From Phyllosticta citribraziliensis (Eukaryota): a DNA stretch of 64,000 bases. The notes beneath the pieces are model-generated. The model saw only the letters and a list, made by a program, of their open reading frames with translations, ran no database searches and was not told the DNA's origin. Shown one piece after another: positions 47,359 to 61,171 of this stretch (positions are counted from its first letter, which is position 1; every line of letters begins with the position of its first letter). The stretch spans positions 1,302,001-1,366,000 of the forward strand of contig NW_027117346.1 of NCBI RefSeq assembly GCF_038025025.1, given 5' to 3'. The translations under genes were made by a program, and so were the position numbers.

Positions 47359-50300
47359 ATGGCGCAAGCTTCGCCCGAGACCGTGGACCGGTTGTTCAAC
47401 GACCTGAAGTCGAGGTAAGGCCCTGTACGCTGTGAGGTTGGCGATAGGGGCTAACGCCGTCAGGAACGGTGATGCGAGAGAAAACGCGGCCAAGGCTCTG
47501 CGCCAAAGCCTGGAGGCGGCCCATCGAGGTAAGTAGCCTCCAACCAATGTCTGGACCTCCCAAGCTCACCTCTGGTTGCAGAACTGCCCCCCGGACAATT
47601 TGCAAACTACTACGACAGAGTATGCAACCGAATAAATGGTCTTGTGGTGCAAGGCAGTGAAACAAATGAACGACTCGGTGGTATCCAAGCCCTCGACCAG
47701 CTCATCGACTTCAAAGGCGATGACGCCGGCCAAAAGACGACGCGATTTGCGAGCTACTTGCGCGCCATTTCACAGGGAAACGATAATGCCGCCATCGACG
47801 CCGCATCACACGCGCTGGGAAGACTGGCAAAACCAGGAGGAACGCTCACTGCGGAGCTTGTGGAGGCGGAGGTGAAGAGCGCACTTGAATGGCTGCAGAT
47901 GGATCGCCAGGAGAATCGCCGCTTCGCCGCAGTGTCCAACCTGCGGGAACTGGCCAAAAACTCGCCAACTTTGATGTACCAATGGGTTGCTCAAATCTTC
48001 GAGGTCATCTGGTACGCTCTGCGAGATCCCAAGGTCCGCATTCGACAGGCCGCCGCAGAAGCCATAAGTTCCTGTTTGGAGATCATCTCAGCGCGCGACC
48101 AGCAGATGCGATCACACTTTTTCAACAAAGTATACGAGCAAGTCCTCCACGGTTTCTCGGTAAATACGGTCGAGTCCATTCACGGTTCCATCCTCGCCAT
48201 GAAAGAGTTGCTGAGAAGGGGTGCCATGTTCATGCATGGCACGAGGTACATTGAGGCCTGCAACAATGTTTTGCGCTACAAGGACCACAGAGACCTACTC
48301 ATCCGGCAAGAAGTAATCATCACCATCCCGCTGCTTGCCGCATATTCTCCCAACGACTTCTCTCAACACTACCTTCATACCTGCATGCTTCACCTCCAGG
48401 GTCTCTTGCGCGAAGAGAACAAAGACCGCAGCGCAGCCTTCATCGTCGTCGGCAAAATTGCCGGCGCTGTCGGCAGCCACTTTGGCAAGTACATTGACGG
48501 CACGCTGAACGTGATCAAGAATACTCTCATTCGCAAGACGCGATACAGGGCGCAGGAAGAGCCTGCAATCTTCGAATGTCTCAGTATGCTGGCGATTGCA
48601 GTTGAGCAGGCGCTCAGCAAGCACGTGGATTCGCTCCTTGATCCCATGTTCTCGTGCGGACTGAGTGACCCTCTCACGCAGTGCCTCGTGGACATGGCGC
48701 ATTACGTGCCATCGAGTCGGGCTGCCATCCAAGAGCGTCTTCTAGACCTTCTCAGCCAGGTCCTTTGTGGAAGGCCATTCGTGCCCATGGGCAGTCCACA
48801 GCATCACAACGCACCACCTCCCCAGATTTGGACTCGCGACCACAAGCCTCCGGAGGCCATTCGGCAGAAAGAAGGAGAAATTGCCCTGGCCCTTAAGACA
48901 CTTGGCGACTTCAACTTCTCTGGGCACGTGCTGAACGAATTTGTTCGCGACGTCGCAATCAGATACGTCGAGGCTGACAACCGGGAAATTCGCAAGGCTG
49001 CCGCCCTCACAGCCTGCCAGCTCTTCATCGCCGATCCCATTGTGACGCAGCAAAGTCAGCATGCCATTCAGGTTGTCGGAGACGTCATTGAGAAGCTCTT
49101 GACTTGCGGTGTGGCAGATGTCGACCCCGACATTCGTCATACTGTCCTCAGAGCTCTCGACTATCGCTTCGATCGCCACCTTGGCAAAGCTGAAAATGTC
49201 CGAAGTCTCTTCTTGGCCCTCAATGACGAAGTATTTGAGATTCGGGAGGCCGCCATGAACATTATCGGACGTTTGACCTCCATCAACCCAGCATACGTCT
49301 TTCCCTCGCTGCGCAAAGTGCTTGTGCAGCTTTTGACGGAGATCGAGTATTCAAACAGCGCACGCGACAAGCAAGAAAGTGCCAGGTTGATTAGTACTCT
49401 CGTTGGTGCCTCGTCGAAGTTGATCAAGCCATACGTGGATCCCATGATCACCGTCCTTTTGCCAAAAGCAAGGGACCACAATCCGGAGGTCGCTTCGACT
49501 ACCTTGAAAGCGATAGGTGATCTCGCCGGAGTTGGAGGTGAAGATATGAAGCAATACGTCCCTGAACTAATGGAAATCATCATCGAAAATCTCCAGGACC
49601 TGAGCTCTGAGTCCAAAAGGATGGCTGCCTTGATCACTCTGAGCCAGTTGGCGGCCAACGCTGGTTACGTGATAGAACCGTACAAGGAACACACGGAGCT
49701 TCTCACAATTCTAATCAACATTGTCCGCACAGAGCCGGCCAATACCCTCAGGAAAGAGACTGTCAAGCTCATGGGCGTGCTTGGTGCTCTAGACCCTGAT
49801 GAGTATCAGAACATTGTCGAAAAGTCGCCCGAGTACAACCTCATGGCAGAGGCACAAGCGGTGACTGACGTTTCTCTGATCATGAGCGGTATCACTCCCT
49901 CTAATGAGGAATTCTACCCAACGGTTGTCATCAACACGCTTATGGGACTTCTCAAGGACACGTCGCTGCAGCAATATCACTCGGCCGTGGTCGACGCTGT
50001 GATGAACATCTATGCCACCATGGGCTTGAAGTGTGTGCCTTTTCTTCCGCAGGTGGTTCCTGGATTTCTGGGCGTCATCAGAGGAGCACCAGCGGGCCGC
50101 GTCGAAGGTTACTTTAACCAGTTGAGCCAGCTGGTCAGAATTGTGCGGCAACATATCCGACCCTTTCTGACTTCCATCTTGGACACGGTTCAGGAATTTT
50201 GGAATGGGGGCATTCAACTCCAAGCCACTATCTTGTCGCTCATCGAAGCCATCGCTCGGGCTCTCGAAGGAGAATTCAAGATTTATCTTGCAAACGTTCT

Positions 50301-53300
50301 TCCCTTGATGCTGGGAGTTCTCGATCAAGACAACTCGGTGAAGCGGCTCCCTTCGGAACGCGTCCTCCACGCCTTCCTGGTTTTCGGTTCCAGTGCCGAG
50401 GAGTACATGCATCTCATCATCCCGGTCATTGTGCGCATGTTCGACAAGCCGGGCCAACCTCATCTCTTGCGGAAGTCGGCAATTGAGACAATTGGGCGCC
50501 TCTCCCGTCAGGTGAACATTTCGGAATTCGCTGCAATGATCATCCATCCGATTTCTCGCGTCTTGGGAGGGAGCGACAGTGCTCTGAAGCAGACCGCGCT
50601 CGACACCTTATCCGCTCTCATATTCCAGCTTGGCCCGGATTACATCCACTTCATCCCTACAATCAACAAGATCCTAGTTCAACACAAGGTGCCTCATTCG
50701 AATTACGCACTCATTGTGTCAAAACTCCAAAGAGGCGAACCGCTCCCTCAAGATCTCAGTCCAGATGAACGTTATGGCGACGATGACGAGGACCTCAATT
50801 CGACGGAAATCTCCACCAAGAAGCTGGCAGTCAACCAGCAGCATTTGAAAAATGCCTGGGACGCTACCCAAAAGACAACCCGTGAGGACTGGATAGAGTG
50901 GATGAGACGCTTCAGTGTCGAGCTCCTGAGGGAATCGCCACAGCAAGCGCTCCGTGCATGCACGCCACTCGCCAGCGTCTACAATCCAATCGCAAAAAGT
51001 CTCTTCAACTCGGCCTTTGTTAGCTGCTGGACCGAGCTTTACGATCAATACCAGGAGGAACTGGTGAGATCGATAGAGATTGCGTTGGCGTCTCCCAACA
51101 TTCCGCCCGAAATCCTCCAAATTCTTCTCAATTTGGCAGAGTTCATGGAACACGACGACAAGGCGCTTCCAATCGACGTTCGCTCCCTGGGCATGTATGC
51201 CGCTCGTTGTCATGCGTACGCCAAAGCACTGCACTACAAAGAGCTCGAGTTCAATGCAGAGCAGAATGCCAGGGCCGTCGAAGCCTTGATCAGCATCAAC
51301 AACCAGCTTCAGCAGACTGATGCCGCCTTTGGTATTCTTCGCAAGGCGCAAAATTACCAGGACGTGGAACTCAAAGAAACGTGGTTTGAAAAGCTGGAGA
51401 AGTGGGAAGAGGCGCTCAAGTCTTACCAGCGGCGCGAAAGAGACGAGCCCGACTCGTTTGAGATCACCATGGGCAAGATGAAGTGCCTTCACGCACTTGG
51501 CGAGTGGGAGGTCCTGTCCACGTTGGCTCAGGACAAGTGGATCCACGCGCCTCAAGAGTACCGTAGGACGATTGCTCCTCTGGCAGCAGCTGCTGCCTGG
51601 GCGCTCGGACAATGGGAGCTGATGGACCAATACCTCTCGGTCATGAAGTCGTCCTCTCCTGATTGGTCCTTCTTTGGTGCCATTTTGGCCATCCACCGCA
51701 ACCAGTTCGAGGAGGCACAGAGGCACATCTCCAAGGCCCGCGACGGCTTGGACACACAGCTGAGTGCCGTCTTTGGGGAGTCGTATCAACGGGCTTACTT
51801 GCCTCTTGTTCGCGTCCAAATGCTTGCAGAGCTCGAGGAAATCATCACCTACAAGCAAAACAACAGCCACCCCGAGAAGCAAGCAAGCATGCGGGCTACT
51901 TGGGACAAGCGTTTGCGCGGCTGTCAGCCCAACCCTGAAGTCTGGCAGAGGATGCTCAAGGTGCGCGCTTTGGTCATTTCTCCAAGAGAAAACATGCACA
52001 TGTGGATCAAATTCACAAACCTCTGCCGCAAGAACCAGAGAGTTGGTGTGGCTGAAAAATCCTTGCGATCGCTCTTGGGCGGCACTCACGAAGACATTTT
52101 CACCTATGTCCGGAACCACGCTCATGAAATCCCGCATCCCATTTCCTACGCCGTGTTCAAGTTCATGTGGTCTTCTGAGCGCACCGAGGAGGCCCTCGAT
52201 CTGTTGAAGGACTTTACTGCACGGGTCGCCGACGACTTGCAGATAAAGTCGAGGGACAACATGGGCCCGAATGGTACCTTGACGAACGGCGTCAATGGCG
52301 TGCATGCTGTTAATGGTGTGCATGGTCTCACTAGCATGGTCAATGGCCTAAGCCTCAACTCAAACCACGGCCATGGTTCGCAACAGTACGACTTGGCCGA
52401 AACGCAGAAGCTGCTCGCAAAATGCTACCTCAAGCAAGGAGAGTGGCAGACGCACCTTCATCACGGCGACTGGACCCACGAACAAGTTCACGAAATCCTC
52501 TCCTCATACGCAGCTGCGACAAGGTACAACCAGAACTGGTACAAGGCATGGCACGCCTGGGCACTTGCCAACTTCGAGGTGGTCAACGCGATGACAACTG
52601 GCGAGAGGGCCACTCCCGAGCTTCCTCCCAGCGCTGTCCACGAGCACATTGTCCCGGCCATCCACGGATTCTTCAAGTCAATTTCGCTGTCATCCACCAG
52701 CTCTTTGCAAGACACGCTGCGTCTGCTCACCTTGTGGTTTGCTCATGGCGGCCACCCTGAAGTCAATTCAGCCGTCACGGAAGGCGTTAGCACTGTCAGC
52801 ATTGACACCTGGCTTGAAGTCATCCCACAACTGCTGGCGCGCATCAACCAGCCCAATGTCAGAGTGCGGCAGTCAATCCACAATTTGCTGTCCGAGGTTG
52901 GACGAGCCCATCCGCAGGCGCTTGTGTTCCCTCTCACCGTCTCGATGAAGTCCGACGTGTCTAGGAGATCACGGTCGGCTACGGCTCTCATGGACGCCAT
53001 GCGCCAGCATTCTCCAAAACTTGTGGACCAGGCCGACCTCGTTAGCCACGAACTCATTCGCATTGCAGTGCTTTGGCACGAGCAATGGCACGAGGGACTC
53101 GAGGAAGCATCCAGGCTGTACTTTGGCGACCGCAACATCGAAGGCATGTTTGCCACTCTTGCGCCGCTTCACGCCATGCTCGACAGAGGCCCGGAAACTC
53201 TGCGCGAGATTTCCTTCATCCAGTCATTCGGGCGCGAGCTTCAAGAGGCGCGTGACTGGTGTCAGACTTTCCGAAACTCTGGCGAAGAGGGCGACTTGAA

Positions 53301-54682
53301 CCAGGCTTGGGACCTCTACTACCAAGTCTTCCGGAAGATTGCTCGACAATTGCCATCGCTCATGACGCTCGAGTTGCAATACGTCTCGCCCAAGCTGAAG
53401 GATGTGCATGACCTCGACTTGGCGGTACCAGGCACTTACCAGAGCGGCAAGCCGATCATTCGCATCCAGTCTTTCGACCCCGTGTCAACCGTTATTCAGT
53501 CGAAACAGCGTCCAAGGAAGCTCGTGATCAGGGGAAGCGATGGTGTCAACTACATGTACGCCCTCAAGGGACACGAAGATATTCGTCAAGACGAGCGCGT
53601 CATGCAGCTGTTTGGCCTTGTCAACACACTGCTCGAGCACGACGCCGAGTCTCGCAAGCGCCACCTCAACATTCAACGTTACCCTGCAATCCCGTTGTCG
53701 ACGCAGTCAGGTCTACTTGGATGGGTCCCCAACAGCGATACCCTCCACGTGCTAATTAGGGAATACCGTGAGAGCCGTAAAATTCTGCTCAACATCGAGC
53801 ATCGAATCATGCTGCAAATGGCCCCCGACTACGACTGCCTGACGCTGATGCAAAAGGTCGAAGTCTTTGGATATGCACTGGACAACACGACCGGCCAAGA
53901 CCTGTACAGAGTGCTCTGGCTTAAGAGCAAGAGCTCGGAGGCCTGGCTTGATCGTCGAACCAACTACACGCGCTCGCTTGCTGTCATGTCCATGGTCGGA
54001 TACATCCTCGGCTTGGGCGACCGCCACCCGTCCAACCTGATGCTTGATAAGGTCACTGGCAAGATTATCCACATTGACTTTGGAGATTGCTTCGAGGTTG
54101 CCATGCACCGAGAGAAATACCCCGAGCGCGTGCCTTTCCGTCTCACTCGCATGCTCACGTACGCCATGGAAGTTAGCAACATTGAAGGTAGCTACCGCAC
54201 CACATGCGAGCACGTCATGCGCGTGCTGCGCTCCAACAAGGAGTCCGTCATGGCGGTGCTTGAAGCTGTGAGTCACTTCGCCGTCCATTTTTTCGTCCAA
54301 ATACTGATAGTTACAGTTTATTCACGACCCCCTTCTCAACTGGCGTCTGGGCAATCGCGAGTCACCGCCAGAGCCCTCATTCCAGTCGCAACGCCGCGCC
54401 AGCATCATTGGCGCCGAGATCGCACCTGGCGAGCGTCCCGAATCGTCCTTCAGGCCTCGCCACCGCTCGAGCGTCGTTCCACCCGGCGATCCAGAGGCCA
54501 GGGAAGAGCAAAATGCGCGCGCGTTGCAGGTCCTGAGCCGCGTCAAGCAGAAGCTCACGGGCAGGGACTTCCGTCCTTCCGAGGAGCTCAGGGTCAACGA
54601 CCAAGTCGACCGCCTCATTCGCGAGGCCACGAACCTGGAGAACCTCTGCCAGCACTACATAGGATGGTGCAGCTTCTGGTGA
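47359..54682 (+). CDS. TOR: TOR serine/threonine kinase (PIKK); three introns (~47415-47463, ~47529-47581, 54268-54316)
   Basis: HEAT repeats, FAT domain, FRB (LWHEQWHEGLEEASRLYF...LNQAWDLYYQVF), kinase motifs (SKQRPRK, LKGHEDIRQDER, GLGDRHPSN, HIDFGD), and FATC NLCQHYIGWCSFW* after the last intron. Confidence 0.97.
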
Positions 54683-56248
54683 TTCCAAACACCCGACCAA
54701 AAAAGATTGTTTTGTACAATATGCAAAGTCGGTAGGCGAGGGAGGAAAATGGCGATGCTTAATGGGGGGTGCTTTTGGTCGTTTCTTGCACTTGCGTTTC
54801 CTTTGCCCAACTTCTTCACAACCCATTTTCCCTTTTCTTTTCAGTCAAGGGACTGGAGCACGGTATGGACTGGCGTGCCATGGAAGGCGATCGGAGGCTT
54901 CTTTTTTGCTTTTTTCTGCTTCTGAATCATTACAGGCTCGGCATGACGACTGGCGTCATTAGTGGAAATTGCTCTTTATTCCCCCTCCCTCGGTGCCGTC
55001 CTGCGGGCCTTCCATTTCTTTGGTCTCACATTTTTCCTTCCTCTACTTTTGCTTGCCGTTCCATCCCATCTGACCCTAGATTGATCCTTTCCTCCCGTTC
55101 GTCAACTTCCCGATTCCCCTCCCCCCCCCTTGGTTGCGGTCTGGTTGATGCATGCATGCTCGCGCATTCTCCTTTGCTTCGATTTGCTTTCTCGAGCGCT
55201 GCTTTTTCATCACGATACCTCCTACACATTTCTCGCTTTCGCGATGTGGCCAGCCTCCTCCCCTTGAAAAATGATCTTGGCGATTCCACGTTCCCTCATC
55301 TCTCTCGCTCTCTCCTTTCTCTTTGCTGGACGGCTGATCATGATGATTGAGCGGAGGGATGATTGCATTTCACTATTGATTCCCTTTGGCTGGTGGGGGT
55401 TGACAGGGCGAGGCCAGGCCGGCATAGAAAAATGTCATTTATCTGGGGCTTTGAGCGTGCAAGCAAGTGTGAGCGTGGGTTAGCGCGTGTGTCGGCGGAC
55501 GAGTGAGCAGTCTAAATCTCTGCAACCACCTTTGGATTCAGAGGCAGGAAAACACCACAGAGTGGCGCGTGATGGGTGCGTCTCTTCGCAGTCCAACTCC
55601 AACCCTCCTCCCATATGCAGTGCTCCTTCACGAACTAATCATCTGGCCATGGATGCAGCGCGTTGAGATGTTCCCATGCCACAGTTCTCGTGCCGCGCCA
55701 AAGCCGCTGGGGACTGAATGCGCCTTTGTCTGGTCTCACCCCGTCCTCGCCGCAGAGCCATCGACGTCAGATCTCGCACTACCGCGATTCCCGGTGCTGA
55801 AAGGGATTTTCTGTTGATGAGTGTTTGTCGCTCACTTGTGTGCTGAGCGTGTACCGGGCAGAGTCAGGTGCGCAGAAGAAATCCATGTCCCGTTGCTGCT
55901 TTCTTTTCAAGTCGAAGGCGACGGTCGCCGAAATGGCTCTGTTGCATGGACGTGAAAGTGATGCATTATTGCTGCGGTGCGCGAGATGAGGCCATGTGAC
56001 TACCGAAGCGAGAGCTCTTCCTCTCACACGTCAAATTGCGCCCCTCATTCGTCTTGCCATTCGTCTTTCATTTTTTCCTTCGGCCTTTTGCAAGGTCGTC
56101 TGCGGTACGGCGAACGCTGCTCTTCATCTTTTGCTGCACGTTTCCCATTCTTTCCATCTCCCTCTCCCTCCCCATCTTCCACGAAGAATTTGCATGAAAC
56201 GCGAGACGAACTCATACTGGTCCTTGCGCCACTGCCACCACCACGTTG

Positions 56249-58209
56249 CTACTCGAGTACAAAAGAAGCTTTCTTCGGTCGCATCTCGAGCCACATCGAG
56301 AAGTCGACGAATCCGAGACCAATCGGGCGAGACACTCCACTATCCAGCGTTTCGATAGCCATGACGCAAAAGTAATCGACGTCATGTTCCTCGCGATTCC
56401 ACTTGTCGAGCTCAAGCACGAGGCATTGCAAGATCTCCACGTCAGGATTCTGTTTGCCGAACTGTGAAAAAAGGCCACGCTTCCAGCGCCTGGAAGCCCA
56501 TATGGACACAAACTGAACCTCTTTCGTGCTCTTGAGCTTCTCTCGCCCATGGCTTTGGTCATCGAACGAGACCATCCCGGCTTTCTCACCTCCAATATAC
56601 ACTCCGCATCTGTTTCCTCCTTCCAAAGGTTCGCCATGCTCGAGTGCCTGCAAAGTAGGAGAGTCGTCCAAAGTTCGTCCGAAGCGAGTCTGTAGCGTCG
56701 GCGACTTTCGTGCGTCGTTAAGACATGGGTGAAAAACGGTCTCCGAGTCCTCCCAAGCTTCGATAGGCAATACAGCAGCCTGAGAGAAAACGAGGACGCG
56801 TCCCGGACTCGCAGCAAGCCGCTTCTGCTCTTCCGGAATTTCCGCAAGATAAGCTGGCGACCCGCTTTCGTCGAATGCCTGGCAGCCTTCCCAGAACTCT
56901 TTGGGCGATCGCCATTTGGACTCTATGTAACGTGCTTCGGTCCCGCTACCCGGCTCGTAGGGGAGCAACGTGGGAGGTACCGTGGGCATGCAGCCAGAGC
57001 GGCAAGCCCAACCCGCTACAGAAACCACTGTGTGCCATTGACCGGGATCTAGGACGTCCAATGTCAGAGCTGAAGGATCCAAATGCCGAGTGGAGACTTG
57101 CCTGGTGGTCTTGGAAAGGACATTGAAGCTTTTCCAGACGTGTTGATCCGATCTACGAAAACCCAGGATGACACCGGGAGTGTATCTGTGCCCCATTTTC
57201 CAAGGTCTTCACTCGAGTCGATGGATATTTGCCCTTTGACAGAAATCCAGGACCAGGTTGGGAAGATGTGTTGGCCTTGAGAGGGCCTCCTCTCGTGTTC
57301 GTCGTGGACTGGCAGCCAACTGACTGCATTGTGAAAACTGTTCAGGGGAATGCCGAATCGATGGTCCTCGTCAAACAAATAGTCGCAGACTCCATGGAAA
57401 GCATTCAAAACGTCGTTCAGGTTGCTTAATGCTCGTTGTGTGTAATTCGAGACAGCCTGACGGTAGGTAATAGCAGGACCGTGAAACCAATGGAATGACG
57501 AGGGTACGCGGTGAAGGGGGTCCTTTTCACGCTCAAAGAATACGTCGCTTGCGGTAAACATCATGAGTTGGCGAGAAAGTATTGCTTCTTGATATGTCCA
57601 GCCACGCTTGGCCCATTTCGATACCCCAATGGCAGAGTCTTTCATATCGAACGATCGCCAGAAGTGTTGCGTACGAATTAGGCTTTTCGATACTCCACGT
57701 AATCCAGAATTTGCGTCTTCACCCTCCGTTGCGGCAAGGCCAACGAACGCATGACTGTAGATGCGGCCCATGTTGTCGATTTGCGCCTGTTTCTCCCCGT
57801 CCGGATCATCGTCGTCTTGTATGATACAGAGTCGGTCCACCCAGAGATAGCCTATACCCAGACGGCGGCATGCAGTCATTGCATCTCGAATCGTTGCAGG
57901 GACATCTTTGTGCGCAAGACTCCCTTCTCTTTCAAGCAGATGGATACTTTCTCGCGTAGCTTGGTAACTTGTGGTTTGTCCCCAGACGTAACTTAGACAG
58001 GCGTACTTCAAGTGCGTCGAAAATGGCGGCGCTCGAACGACGCTTTTACTTTGCACGTCAATGAGGCGGAATCCGGCGGGAATTGGTTCTAACGTCGAGG
58101 TAGGACGCTTTAGATCAAGCCATGACCTTGCCCATGTCCAGTCAAGCTCGCCTTTTCGACTGTCAGGATATGGGCGCTGCCTCGGACACTTGGCCAAGTC
58201 TTCGTCCAT
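56249..58209 (-). CDS. HET-domain (heterokaryon incompatibility-like) protein; GC-AG intron 57049-57101; start could be further upstream (58326)
   Basis: FRLIDV, YACLSYVWG, PATIRDAM..LGIGYLWVDRLCIIQDD, QIDNMGRIYSHA, WAKRGWTYQEAILS, YTQRALS..DVLNAF, FPTWSW. The intron joins the two ORFs in frame. Confidence 0.88.
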
Positions 58210-60230
58210 CTTGGATGTCGATCGCTTGGATTTGGCCAGTGAACAAATTTGCGCCGTTGTTTGGCGACGCTGTTGAATGTGTTTTGTGTCGGGCGTGCGG
58301 TCTGGGGCTCGCGGAGACGCGCTCATTGAAGAGAAGAAAAGAACCGGTTGGTTCATGCAATGAGAAGTGGCTCGAGTTTCTTCGACGGCGCTACCCACGA
58401 GGTCTTGTCAGCAGTATCGAAACTTATTTGGCCAATGGGATATGCATCTCGAGGTGGCTCGGGTGATCATCTCATACTTCGCCCCCAACTCCACAGACTT
58501 CCAGTAGGACTGACGAAATGTAAGCGCCGTAGCGAAGGGGATGCGAAGAGTCAAACTGCAGTCAAGCCAGAAAATGAACTTGCCAGGGCATCTTCCCCCG
58601 CAAAGTCCTGACAGACTGATGAGTACTCTCCGGGGTGAATATTAGCGCCAGCGTAAGCCACGAGACTCTGTAGATCCGTAGATCTGTTGCGCCGCCGCCG
58701 CCGCCGCCCCATCTTCGAGTCGAGACAGGTGAGACTTTGAACCGTTGTGTCGTGACCTGCGAAGGAGGAAATGGATGCGCATCGCTGTTGACTGAGAGCT
58801 GACGTCCAGCACCGCAGACAACCAAGACGAACCCACCCGTCCCGCTTCGCCATCGCGTCCGCACACAGTCGGGACATCCACAGCTTCAAAAGGAGATGAT
58901 GGTGGAAGCGAGAGAAATGTCGCCTACCACACAAAGATGGATCTGCAAGGCTGGGCACTGTTTGCTGCTTGCGCGCATTGCAGAGAAGTGGAAGGAGGGA
59001 AGGAGGGACCGGATAGTCCGACTGCGCGCAGTACTCCAGCAGACGTGCAAGCACACCGCGATTAGAAGTGACGACCCAACAAGTCCTCCACAATGAGTGT
59101 GGAAAGATGAGCCTCCCTGGGTCTAGTCGCAGCAATGAACGACTATTTCTTGAGCATGAATGTTGTAGCAAATGAATTTTTCATGACAGCGTCAAGCGCA
59201 CGCTACCGGATCATCCATCCCTGAAAGACAGCCTGCGCGGCACAGAAAGTGAAGTCGCGCGTAGCGCTCTGCTGGAGACAACAGGCGCAAGGATTTGGAG
59301 AGAGAAAAGGAGAAGAGAATGAAGGGAGGGATAGTGGAAATCTCGGGAAGGCTTTGCAGCAGCTGAAAGAGGTGGATGCTCGAACTCAGAGCCGTGTTTC
59401 TGGGCACGTAGAAAGACGCAGAAGGGAAAGTCGACGCGAGACGCGAAAAGCAATGAATTCTATGCGGAATGGGTGAAGTCGGGTAAAGAGTCCACTTTCA
59501 TTGATTAACCAAACGGAGAGCCAAATGACAGGTGTATTCATCGCGGCCTTGGGAGTACATAGGGGAGAAAGGGAACAAGGGGCCTTTGACTGAAGACCTA
59601 ACTGGCGTTCCGGTCTCGCAACAGACCACCCACCTGACGCCACAGACTGGCTCGATGTCGCTGACCACCATCAACATTTACCCACGAAATTCTCATCAAG
59701 ACACACATACACATACACGCACAATCCAAAGCAGCGCAACCTCAGCTCTACTTGTCTTGGCCTGGCCTGGCCAGGCCCAGCTCGGGACAGCACACGGCCA
59801 AGAAATCGGAGCTTGCTGTCCGGAAGCAAAGACTTTTCTCAGTTCGATCTGCTTGCGTAGTCACAAGCGTGCCGTTCGCCTGCCATGATCACAGCCACCA
59901 CCGCATCCACCGCTGCGGCATCTTGTCACTGTCACGTCCAGTCGTATTTGTCACGCTCGACTCATCCTGTCTGGCAAGCTGTGCGCGTCATCATCGATGG
60001 CAATAGAAGACGTCCAGCGCCGGGCCGGCGCCGCCGCAGTAGCCAAGGCATTCTCCTCTGATCCCTCATCTTGGGTCACGAAAAAGAGGGTGAAGCGAGA
60101 GGGGGAGACGACGAAATCCCCAAGACCCAAGAGCGGCGGCGAAGCGTGGCGCGGCTCACACACACCACACGCTCTCGCTCTGAGTCAACGCCCATCCATC
60201 CGCTCTCGCGGGCTGCTTGATTCATCGCTT

Positions 60231-60235
<5 letters not shown>

Positions 60236-60267
<32 letters not shown>
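60236..60267. repeat. (CTGG)8 microsatellite
   Basis: Read directly from the sequence. Confidence 0.85.
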
Positions 60268-60269
<2 letters not shown>

Positions 60270-61133
60270 TGTCATGGCGGCGTCACAGACACCTACAAGC
60301 CTCATCCCGCAACAGTCACCCGGCGGCGCCCGAGGAGCAGTCATCTCGAGTCGCTGAGTGCCGTCTTCCCAGTCAGGGGCGAAAGAGCCCACCGTCATCG
60401 AAGGCCGACGTGGACGGGCCGAGAGCTGGTCGGAGGCGACGGGCAGGAGGACGGCACGCAGCCGTTGGCTGACAGGTGCCATGGGCAGGTCACCGGGACG
60501 CATGCGAAACGCGACGGGCGAGCCGAAGCGGCAAAGGACTAGTCAGAGCAACGAGACGAGACAGGAGACAGGAGACGACGCGACGAAACGGGTCGAAACG
60601 AAACGAGACGAGGCGGCTAGATGCGGCTTTTGCGTCGCATGTGGTTGACGGGCTAGACGGATAGATGGCAAACTGTTTGCTACGCGGCGCGCCGTGGTGT
60701 GGCAGCGATTGCAGTGGTAGAGGTAAAGAAGGTGGCGATGGTCGTGGTGATGGCAGCAACGCCACTTGCTTTTGGGAGGCTTCTGTTTCCAAACTCTTGA
60801 CCGGTGACGAAAATGCTGCGCACTTGGAGCCTTGACGACGGGTGACCCATCGAAGCGGTTGGAAGCAAACCCGGAGATGCGACAGGACAAGACGAGACGA
60901 GCCGTCTGAAGACAGGGAGGCAGCAATGATGACGAAGAACGAAACAAACGAAACGGCAAAAGGAGACGAGGACTGAGCCGGGATGGGCGAGTTTGGCCCG
61001 TTCCTGAGCCAAGTGCTGCGCACTATTGGGTAGCGCGTGGCGGTACGGAAGAGGTTTCAGGATCGGGGGGTTCGCAGTCTCAGTAGGTGTTGACGTGGTT
61101 GAATGACAGCCCATTCAGGTGTGCTTTTTTCTG

Positions 61134-61138
<5 letters not shown>

Positions 61139-61169
<31 letters not shown>
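61139..61169. repeat. poly-G tract (31 nt)
   Basis: Read directly from the sequence. Confidence 0.9.

Positions 61170-61171
<2 letters not shown>

Noticed and set aside
53068..53340. Possible rapamycin-resistant TOR acting as a self-resistance gene
   Set aside because: The FRB Ser (EEASR), Trp and Phe (AWDLYYQVF) are canonical, and TOR lies more than 30 kb from the cluster.
54268..54735. ORF track shows TOR with an aberrant C-terminus lacking FATC
   Set aside because: This is read-through of a 49-nt GT-AG intron. Splicing restores FIHDPLLNWRL...HYIGWCSFW*.
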